From the NCBI GenBank assembly GCA_001001555.1, contig LCKS01000001.1:82066-146065 (forward strand): a stretch of 64,000 nucleotides of DNA, in the 5' to 3' direction. Position numbers and translations under genes: made by a program. The notes below the pieces were generated by a model. That model worked only from the letters and a program-made list of their open reading frames with translations. It ran no database searches and was not told where the DNA came from. The stretch is from Candidatus Amesbacteria bacterium GW2011_GWC2_45_19 (GTDB taxonomy: Bacteria > Patescibacteriota > Microgenomatia > CAZETR01 > Amesbacteraceae). This document shows positions 27,550 to 34,943 of this stretch, piece after piece (positions within the stretch are counted from its first letter, which is position 1; each line of letters begins with the position of its first letter).

Positions 27550-29101
27550 AATTATTCTCTTATTCATAGTCCTACTTGGGCTGGGACTTAGACTGTTTCG
27601 TCTAGATTCCCGCCCGTTAGGCTTTACCTGGGACGAAGCCGCTCTTGGTTACAACGCTTATTCGCTTCTTAAAACTGGCCGGGACGAGTATAGCAAAGTC
27701 CTACCCGTCGTTCTCAAATCCTTTGGCGACTACAAACCCGGCGCCTATGCCTACCTGGCTGTTCCTCCTATCGCCACTTTCGGCTTGAACGAGTTCGCCA
27801 CCCGTCTGCCCTCAGCCATCTTTGGAACGTTGCTTATTGTTATTGTTTACCTGCTCACCCGGAATATGTTTGCGGCCGGACTTTTGGCCATTAATCCCTG
27901 GTCGCTTTATTTTTCCCGCGGGGCTTGGGAGGCCAATGTCGCTCTTACCCTCACCGTTCTGGGCGTCCTTTTGTTTATCCGCCGCCGTTATCTGGTTTCG
28001 GCTCTCTTTTTTGGTTTGACCTTTCTTACTTACCAGGGAGCCAAAATGTTTACTCCGCTTCTTATTTTGTCCCTTCTTCTAATCTACCGTCCCAATATTA
28101 AATCATTAATTAAACCCCTGATCTTCCTGATCTTCCTGATCTTCCCCATCCTCCTGGGTCTCACCACCCAATCCGGCCGCCTGAAGGTCTTTAGCGTCTT
28201 CAGTTATTCGCGTTCTCCTTCCGTCGTCGGGGAAATAGAACGTCAGGATAATAACAATCCTTTTCTTTTCACTCTCTTCCATGCAGAAATTATTGACCAG
28301 GGCCGGGGAGTACTGCAAAGATATCTCAACCATTTTTCTCCTTATTATCTGTTCTTCGCCGGAGACTGGCAAAACCTGCGCCACTCCATTCCTTACTACG
28401 GCTACTTCCACCTTCCGGAAATAGTTACTGTCGTTCTAGGTCTTATTTTCCTAATCTCTAATTTCCAATCTCCAATTTCTAAAGTTCTTCTCACTTGGCT
28501 GCTGCTGGCCCCTTTGCCCTCCGCCCTTTCCCGCGACCTAGTCTCCGGCGTCCGCTCCCTGCCCCTGCTGGTACCCCTGGTCGTGCTTAGCGGCATTGGT
28601 TTGTCCCAACTTTTTCGCCATCGTCTTCTCTTATACTCTTACGCTCTGATACTTTTATTTTTCTTCGTCTATTATCTTGATTTATTCTATATCCACGCCC
28701 CCAATTTCACTGCCGTTGACTTCCTTTATCCCTATCGCCCCGCGCTTCAGACAATCAAACTTCTTGTCTCAAATTATAAAAAGATTGTTATCACTTCCCA
28801 ACTTGGTCAACCCTACATATTTACTTTATTTTATTTGCAAATCGACCCCCGCATATATCAATCTCAAGCCCGTTTGCGCGAAAATCCCCAAGGGGACGTA
28901 GGCGAAGTAGAAAAATTTGATATATTCGAATTCCGTCCCATTTTCTGGCCGGCTGATAGGGGATTGTCATCAACTCTATTTGTGGGTGGCCAGTACGAGC
29001 TTCCCGAATCAGATTTACAGACCACTCCCAATCTGGAAAGAGTTTCCGATATCACTTACCCCGGCGGGGCCCCCGCCTTAAAAATTGTTGGCCTCAAATG
29101 A
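27539..29101 (+). CDS. ArnT/PMT-like GT-C glycosyltransferase
   Basis: WDEAALGYNAYSLLKTGRDE, FGDYKP, SRGAWE. Confidence 0.82.
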   Translation: MRNRIILLFIVLLGLGLRLFRLDSRPLGFTWDEAALGYNAYSLLKTGRDEYSKVLPVVLKSFGDYKPGAYAYLAVPPIATFGLNEFATRLPSAIFGTLLIVIVYLLTRNMFAAGLLAINPWSLYFSRGAWEANVALTLTVLGVLLFIRRRYLVSALFFGLTFLTYQGAKMFTPLLILSLLLIYRPNIKSLIKPLIFLIFLIFPILLGLTTQSGRLKVFSVFSYSRSPSVVGEIERQDNNNPFLFTLFHAEIIDQGRGVLQRYLNHFSPYYLFFAGDWQNLRHSIPYYGYFHLPEIVTVVLGLIFLISNFQSPISKVLLTWLLLAPLPSALSRDLVSGVRSLPLLVPLVVLSGIGLSQLFRHRLLLYSYALILLFFFVYYLDLFYIHAPNFTAVDFLYPYRPALQTIKLLVSNYKKIVITSQLGQPYIFTLFYLQIDPRIYQSQARLRENPQGDVGEVEKFDIFEFRPIFWPADRGLSSTLFVGGQYELPESDLQTTPNLERVSDITYPGGAPALKIVGLK

Positions 29102-30675
29102 AAAAATTTCTCCTCATTTTCATTCTTATCCTGGCATCAGTCCTGCGGCTCTACAAACTGTCTTCATACCCGGCTGGTCTAAACGCCGATGAAGCCGCGT
29201 TAGGTTACAATGCTTATTCTTTGATGCTGACCGGCCGTGATGAGCACGGCCATCCCTGGCCGGTGAATCTGGAATCGTTCGGCGATTTCAAGCCTGCCGG
29301 CTACGCGTATTTGCTCATTCCTTTCATCAAAGTTTTCGGCCTGACCGAACTGGCCGTCCGCCTCCCCTCGGCTATCTTCGGCATCCTAGCCGTTCTCTTC
29401 ATCTATTTACTGGTCAAAGAGCTGAGCACTGAGGGCTGCGCGCTGATAGCTGCGATATTGCTAGCAATATCGCCGTGGCATTTGCACTTCTCCCGCGGCG
29501 GCTGGGAAGTCAACGTGGCCACCACTCTGATTCTCATCGGCGTCTGGCTCTTCCTCAAACGTCGCTTTGCCCTTTGCACTTTGCCCTTTGCACTTTCGAT
29601 GTACACCTACCAATCAGCCCGCGTCATCGTCCCTTTTCTGGGATTAGGACTAATATTACTCAATCGCCCAAAAAAGATTCTGTCTAGCGGCTTATTACTG
29701 TTACTGTTATTATCTCCTCTGGCCCTCTCGGTACTTCGTTCAGACGCCGCCTCCCGTTTATCCGGCGTGGGGCTGCTGGCCGATGAAGGGCCTCTTAACC
29801 GGGCCAAAGAACTGCGCGGCCAACATGCAAACTGGAGTTCTCCTCTGTCCCGGATTCTCCACAACCGGCCCGTTCTCTACACCATCCAATTCTTGAAAAA
29901 TTACACAGATCATTTTTCCGGCGACTTTCTTTTCGTCAACGGCGACGTCATCCCCCGGAACCGGGTTCCCGAAACCGGCCTGCTGTATTTCACTGATTTC
30001 ATCTTTCTGGCTCTGGGCGTGGTCTATCTTCTCCGCACTACTCACTACTCACTACACACCCGGGTTATCTGGCTCTGGTTGCTCGTCGCCCCTCTTGCTG
30101 CGGCTCTGACGTTCCAAATCCCCCACGCCCTGCGGGCCCACACCTTGGTCATTCCCCTCACGATCTTGATCGCGGCCGGCGGATACTCTTTAAAGGAGAC
30201 TCCTTTTAAGTTTAAAAGGAGTCTCCTTTTTATAGTGGCTGTGATTTATTTGTGGCAATTTGCCAGATATCTGCACCAGTATTACATCCACTATCCCCAA
30301 ACTTATCCTTACGCTTGGGAGTACGGTTTCAAAGAACTGGTGGCTTACGTGGGATCGGTCCAAGACAAATATGAAAAGATTTTAGTCACCGATAAATATG
30401 ACCAGCCATATATTATCTTTCTCTTTTATTCCAAGTATCCGCCTCAATTATTCCAAAATAATCACCAGCTTACTTTCAGGGATAAGTTTAATTTCTCTAC
30501 CGTCCGCGACTACGGCAAGTTCCATTTTGCCGCCACTCCCTGGTCAACCGTCCGCGATATCCATTCCTCGCTTATTGTGGCCGCCCCGGAAGATATTCCC
30601 GAAGTAGGTGTTAATATAGTTAAAACCATTAATTTTCCCAATGGCCAGCCCGCATTTAAAATAATCAGCAACTAA
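29098..30675 (+). CDS. ArnT/PMT-like GT-C glycosyltransferase
   Basis: ADEAALGYNAYSLMLTGRDE, FGDFKP, SRGGWE. Confidence 0.82.
   Translation: MKKFLLIFILILASVLRLYKLSSYPAGLNADEAALGYNAYSLMLTGRDEHGHPWPVNLESFGDFKPAGYAYLLIPFIKVFGLTELAVRLPSAIFGILAVLFIYLLVKELSTEGCALIAAILLAISPWHLHFSRGGWEVNVATTLILIGVWLFLKRRFALCTLPFALSMYTYQSARVIVPFLGLGLILLNRPKKILSSGLLLLLLLSPLALSVLRSDAASRLSGVGLLADEGPLNRAKELRGQHANWSSPLSRILHNRPVLYTIQFLKNYTDHFSGDFLFVNGDVIPRNRVPETGLLYFTDFIFLALGVVYLLRTTHYSLHTRVIWLWLLVAPLAAALTFQIPHALRAHTLVIPLTILIAAGGYSLKETPFKFKRSLLFIVAVIYLWQFARYLHQYYIHYPQTYPYAWEYGFKELVAYVGSVQDKYEKILVTDKYDQPYIIFLFYSKYPPQLFQNNHQLTFRDKFNFSTVRDYGKFHFAATPWSTVRDIHSSLIVAAPEDIPEVGVNIVKTINFPNGQPAFKIISN
30192..30229. repeat. REPIN-like perfect 18-bp inverted repeat inside a GT-C gene
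   Basis: AAAGGAGACTCCTTTTAA-GT-TTAAAAGGAGTCTCCTTT; each arm contains an AAGG-N5-CCTT palindrome. Confidence 0.85.
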
Positions 30676-31490
30676 TGAAGTATCACCCCTCCTCACTACG
30701 TTCGGTTTCCCCTCTTAAATTAAGAGGGGACAAAGGGGTGATATTGTCTGTTGTTCTTGCCACTCGCAATGAGGAGGCCAATCTAACTCGTTGTCTGGAG
30801 GCGGTAAAATCGATTGCCAATGAGATAATCATTGCGGACGAGCAATCAACCGACAAAACAGTGGGAATAGCCAAAAAATTCGGGGCAAAAGTCATTTCTG
30901 TTCCGCATCAGGAAAATTTCCATATCACCAAAAATATCGCCATAGACGCCGCCCGTGGAGACTGGATCCTCCAATTAGATGCCGACGAAGTCGTCTCCCC
31001 CGAACTGGCTTGCGAAATTGTCTCTACTATCAACCATGAATCATCAACCATGAACGGTTATTGGGTTAACCGCCGCAATTGGTTTCTCACCCGCTTCTTA
31101 TCTAAAGGCGGCCAATATCCGGATCCCACTCTCCGCCTGTACCGCCGGGGAAAAGGAAGACTTCCGGCCAAAGACGTGCACGAGCAAGCACAGATCCAGG
31201 GTCCAACCGGCCGCTTGCGGAACGATTTGTACCACTACCGGGATACCAGTTTCGCCAAGTACTTAGATGGTTTTAATCGCTATTCATCGTTTTTGGCGGC
31301 AAATATTAACCCCGAGGTCAATTTGCGGCAAACTCTCAACTACCTGGGCTGCAAACCAGTGGTAACGTTTTGTAAAATCTATTTTCGTCACCGGGGTTAC
31401 GTTGACGGTTACCCTGGTTTTGTCTTTGCCCTCTTTTCCGGCCTCACCCACGCCATCGCCTATATTAAATATTGGCAAAGGTTATTATGA
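30675..31490 (+). CDS. GT2 glycosyltransferase (WaaE/KdtX-like) with a 21-codon N-terminal palindromic insert
   Basis: LSVVLATRNEE, LDADE, YPDPTLRLY, VHE. Confidence 0.85.
   Translation: MKYHPSSLRSVSPLKLRGDKGVILSVVLATRNEEANLTRCLEAVKSIANEIIIADEQSTDKTVGIAKKFGAKVISVPHQENFHITKNIAIDAARGDWILQLDADEVVSPELACEIVSTINHESSTMNGYWVNRRNWFLTRFLSKGGQYPDPTLRLYRRGKGRLPAKDVHEQAQIQGPTGRLRNDLYHYRDTSFAKYLDGFNRYSSFLAANINPEVNLRQTLNYLGCKPVVTFCKIYFRHRGYVDGYPGFVFALFSGLTHAIAYIKYWQRLL
30681..30743. repeat. 63-nt nested-palindrome element, in frame (21 codons)
   Basis: Outer arms TATCACCCCT/AGGGGTGATA; inner TCCCCTCTTAA/TTAAGAGGGGA. Removing it restores MKLSVVL. Confidence 0.88.
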
Positions 31491-32464
31491 TCAAGGTTGG
31501 TTTCATTACGGCTCCTCTTCACGACGCTAACGCAGTCCGCGGCGTCGGGTCATATACCCGCCGCCTTCTTCCGGAACTCAAAAAACAAACCTCTGATTTT
31601 GGATTTGAAATCGTTGAAAATGACACGTCTGCAGAGATTATCCACTATCCGTATTTTGATTTATTTCGGCACACTTTACCAATATTCAAAGATGCCAAGA
31701 CTATAGTTACCGTCCATGACGTTATTCCTTTGGAATTTCCCGATCATTATCCACCCGGCCTGCGCGGCTGGTTTAATCTGCAACTACAAAAACTAGCCCT
31801 GAGCGAAGTCGAAGGGGTGATTACCATTTCGTACCACTGCGTTAAGACAATTCATAAGTACTTAAACGTACCTCACGGCAAGTTGAAATTGGTTTACGAA
31901 GCCGCTGACTCCATATTTAAAAAGATTTCTAAACCCAAAAATAAATTTAACCTGCCCAAAAAATTCGTTCTCTACGTTGGAGATGTAAATTGGAATAAGA
32001 ATATACCCAATTTAATTAAAACCTGTGAACAAATAAATTACCCATTGGTAATGGTGGGTAAACAAGCAGCTGAAGTAGAAAAATTGGACTTAAATCATGC
32101 CGAACTGCGGCATTTACAAGGAGTAGATTGGAGTAAAGTTATGAAATTGGGATTCGTGTCCGCTGCAGACCTAGTGGACATTTACAATTTGGCCACTGTT
32201 TATTGCCAGCCTTCATTTTCAGAAGGTTTTGGCCTGCCGGTGGTGGAAGCTCTGGCTTGCGGTACTCCGGTGGCCTGCAGTAATACTTCATCTTTGCCGG
32301 AAATAGCCGGCGACTCTGCCACCTACTTTGATCCCCATGATGTAAACGATATGGCTAAAGCTATCAAAAAGGCCAAGCCTAGCACTGTACAACCCAAGTT
32401 TTCCTGGGCCAAAGCCGCCGCCCAAACTTTGCAAGTCTACCAGGAAGTATTAGAGTTGGTTTAA
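31487..32464 (+). CDS. GT4 glycosyltransferase (MtfB-like)
   Basis: RGVGSY, TVHDVIP, KNI, SEGFGLPVVEALACG, FSW. Confidence 0.88.
   Translation: MIKVGFITAPLHDANAVRGVGSYTRRLLPELKKQTSDFGFEIVENDTSAEIIHYPYFDLFRHTLPIFKDAKTIVTVHDVIPLEFPDHYPPGLRGWFNLQLQKLALSEVEGVITISYHCVKTIHKYLNVPHGKLKLVYEAADSIFKKISKPKNKFNLPKKFVLYVGDVNWNKNIPNLIKTCEQINYPLVMVGKQAAEVEKLDLNHAELRHLQGVDWSKVMKLGFVSAADLVDIYNLATVYCQPSFSEGFGLPVVEALACGTPVACSNTSSLPEIAGDSATYFDPHDVNDMAKAIKKAKPSTVQPKFSWAKAAAQTLQVYQEVLELV
32425..32452 (+). repeat. Left direct repeat of the BrnT-type TA cassette (GT4 3' end)
   Basis: AACTTTGCAAGTCTACCAGGAAGTATTA; 27/28 identical to 33049-33076. Confidence 0.9.
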
Positions 32465-32467
32465 CTA

Positions 32468-32502
32468 TTGACAATCGATATTGTTTGTCATACACTATAT
32501 AA
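32468..32502 (+). promoter_or_regulatory. Leaderless sigma70 promoter of the TA operon with inverted-repeat operator
   Basis: TTGACA-17 nt-TACACT-6 nt-GTG. A TGACAA...TTGTCA inverted repeat overlaps the -35 box and spacer. Confidence 0.75.
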
Positions 32503-32787
32503 GTGAAATATGTGGATTGGAATGCAGCCAAAAACGAGATTCTAAAAACAGAGAGAGGAATTTCGTTTGAAGATGTTATGGCAGCATTCGTAGAAGAAGG
32601 TTTACTTGACATTATTAAACATCCAAATGAACAAAAGTATTCTCATCAAAAAATGATTATAGTTAATGTTGACGATTATGTTTATCTGGTTCCGTTTGTC
32701 GAAGACGATGAAAAGATTTTTTTGAAAACCATACTGCCCAGCCGAGAAGCAACAAAACGTTATCTAATCCAAAAAGCAAAAAAATGA
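32503..32787 (+). CDS. BrnT-family (DUF497-like) toxin
   Basis: DWNAAKNEILKTERGISFEDV...FLKTILPSREAT. Confidence 0.8.
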   Translation: MKYVDWNAAKNEILKTERGISFEDVMAAFVEEGLLDIIKHPNEQKYSHQKMIIVNVDDYVYLVPFVEDDEKIFLKTILPSREATKRYLIQKAKK

Positions 32788-33050
32788 GCCAAAAATATTT
32801 TGATTTAACTTCAGAAGAACAAAGATTACTAACTTCATTCGAAGCTGGTGAATGGCGTAGTGTCGCGGATTTGGAAAAATCTAAGAGACTGTATCGTCAG
32901 TATGCAGCAAACACTCTGGCTAAAGCCAAGAATGTAAATTTAAGATTGGCAGAAAAAACAGTCTTGAAATTTAAAGCAAAAGCAGCTTCCGAAGGAATTC
33001 CTTATCAGACTCTCATGTCTTCAGTACTTCACAAGTACGCAAACCAATAA
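32784..33050 (+). CDS. CopG/BrnA-like ribbon-helix-helix antitoxin
   Basis: VNLRL...KAKAASEGIPYQTLMSSVL. Confidence 0.8.
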   Translation: MSQKYFDLTSEEQRLLTSFEAGEWRSVADLEKSKRLYRQYAANTLAKAKNVNLRLAEKTVLKFKAKAASEGIPYQTLMSSVLHKYANQ

Positions 33051-33076
33051 CTTTGCAAGTCTACCGGGAAGTATTA
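33049..33076 (+). repeat. Right direct repeat of the BrnT-type TA cassette (orphan copy of the GT4 3' end)
   Basis: AACTTTGCAAGTCTACCGGGAAGTATTA followed by AAATGA; reads TLQVYREVLK-stop. Confidence 0.9.
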
Positions 33077-33089
33077 AAATGATCCGTAC

Positions 33090-34202
33090 ATGAGTTTTTC
33101 CCGCCTGTTTAAGATTTTTGTCCTCTGGCAAGCCGCAATCATTATCGTGACTATGGCCGCCCAATATTCTTCACTGCCCCTGCGGGAAACGTTTTTGGGC
33201 AGTGGCACTCAAGCGTATGTGGAAAAGCCCTGGGCTTACTCCCGGGAAAATTTTGACGGCATGCATTACACGTATATCGCCAGCCGCGGCTATGGCTATT
33301 CCCAGCAGGCTTTCTTCCCTCTTTATCCGGCTCTCATGCGCCGCCTGATGACCCTGCCAATTCTTAACAACGCCGTCACTGCCGGCGTTTTAATTTCTGT
33401 AGTGGCTTTTCTGGCCGGCCTGTATCTGTTCATCAAATTAATTCTTTTGGATTATTCCTCATCTGTTGCTAAGTGGACTATCCTGGCCCTGCTGTTTTTT
33501 CCCGCCAGTTTCTTCTTTACTTCCGTATACACCGAAGGCCTATTCTTTTTCCTGACTATTGCCGCTTTTTACTCCGCCCGCACCCGCCACTGGTTGCTGG
33601 CGGGTATATTCGGGGCCCTGGCCAGCTACACCCGTTTCATCGGCATCTTTCTCTTTCCGGCTCTTTTAATCGAATGGTGGCAGCAGGGCCGCCGCTTCAA
33701 GCACTTCTTGCCTCTTCTTTTGATTCCGCTCGGCTTAATAATTTACATGAATTATTTGAATAAGACAACGGGGGACCCCTTAGCCTTTTTCCACGTCCAG
33801 GTGAATTTTGCCCAACTGCGAAGCGAGAAACTCATTCTGCTTTATCAAGTTTTCTGGCGTTACCTCAAAATGCTTCTGACCGTCAACCGTTCCGACCCGC
33901 TGTATCTGACCATCGTTCTCGAATTTGTGACCGGAGTGGTATTTCTAGTAACCACTGTCTACTCGTTTATCAAACACCGCCTGTCCTACGCCGTCTTTAA
34001 CTTCTTGACCTATATTATCCCCACCTTGACCGGCACCTTTACCTCTTTGCCCCGCTACGTTCTGCTTTGTTTCCCCTCGTTCCTGCTAATTGGCGAGTTA
34101 TTATCCCGCTCGCCCCTAGCCCGCAAAATTATCCTCGGCATCTTCGCTGTCGCCTTTATTATTTTTCTCTCCTTCTTCGCCCGGGGATATTGGGTGGCAT
34201 AA
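33090..34202 (+). CDS. PIG-V-like GT-C mannosyltransferase
   Basis: NFDGMHY..IA..GY, AFFPLYP, YTEGLF, TRFIG, SLPRY. Confidence 0.82.
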   Translation: MSFSRLFKIFVLWQAAIIIVTMAAQYSSLPLRETFLGSGTQAYVEKPWAYSRENFDGMHYTYIASRGYGYSQQAFFPLYPALMRRLMTLPILNNAVTAGVLISVVAFLAGLYLFIKLILLDYSSSVAKWTILALLFFPASFFFTSVYTEGLFFFLTIAAFYSARTRHWLLAGIFGALASYTRFIGIFLFPALLIEWWQQGRRFKHFLPLLLIPLGLIIYMNYLNKTTGDPLAFFHVQVNFAQLRSEKLILLYQVFWRYLKMLLTVNRSDPLYLTIVLEFVTGVVFLVTTVYSFIKHRLSYAVFNFLTYIIPTLTGTFTSLPRYVLLCFPSFLLIGELLSRSPLARKIILGIFAVAFIIFLSFFARGYWVA

Positions 34203-34943
34203 ATGAACACTATTAAATTGTCGGTAGTTATGCCGGTCTACCGGCAGGAAAAGAACGTGGTCCGATATCTGCGGGCTCTGGGTAAAGTCTTGGCGGGATT
34301 GAATGTTGTTTACGAAATGATTTGCGTTGTAGACGGCCAAGTGGACAATACTTATGAGAATGCCAAAAAGGCCAAAATCCCAAAACTTAAAGTCTTCACT
34401 TATCCCAAAAATCAGGGGAAAGGCAACGCGGTCCGGTTTGGCATGTCCAGAGCCAGGGGGGAAGTAATCGGTTTTGTAGACGGAGGATTTGACCTTAAAT
34501 ATTCATCCATTCCTTTGGCCTTGGAGCATATGAAGTGGTACAACGCTGATATTATGATCGGATCCAAACGTCATCCCGCTTCCAAAGTCACCTATCCATG
34601 GCAGAGACGGATTTTGTCTTGGGGATATCAAATGGGCGTAAGGCTACTTTTTGGAATTAATGTTAGAGATTCACAGGTTGGTATTAAATTCTTCAAAAGA
34701 AAAGTTGTTAAAGAAATAATGCCAAAATTATTGATAAAAGCTTTTGCTTTTGATATCGAAATGTTGGCAGTAGCCAACCGGATGGGCTTTTCCAGAATTT
34801 ACGAATTTCCCATAGAATTAAAATTGGAATTTGGCACATCTTCAATTGCCTCAATCGGCTTTTTCAAGACTAGCTGGAATATGCTGTGGGACACTCTGGC
34901 TGTCTTTTACCGCCTGAAAATCCGGTGCCACTACGATAAATGA
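34203..34943 (+). CDS. GT2 polyprenol-phosphate glycosyltransferase
   Basis: NQGKGNAVRFG, GSKRHP, DSQVGIK, FDIEML. Confidence 0.82.
   Translation: MNTIKLSVVMPVYRQEKNVVRYLRALGKVLAGLNVVYEMICVVDGQVDNTYENAKKAKIPKLKVFTYPKNQGKGNAVRFGMSRARGEVIGFVDGGFDLKYSSIPLALEHMKWYNADIMIGSKRHPASKVTYPWQRRILSWGYQMGVRLLFGINVRDSQVGIKFFKRKVVKEIMPKLLIKAFAFDIEMLAVANRMGFSRIYEFPIELKLEFGTSSIASIGFFKTSWNMLWDTLAVFYRLKIRCHYDK

Noticed and set aside
21392-30675. Diversity-generating retroelement acting on the paralogs
   Set aside because: No reverse transcriptase and no long repeat pair with adenine-specific mismatches were seen.
10519-33082. TA cassettes as integron gene cassettes or IS-borne cargo
   Set aside because: No attC-like RYYYAAC...GTTRRRY hairpins, integrase or terminal inverted repeats were seen. 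The flanks are direct copies of host gene ends.
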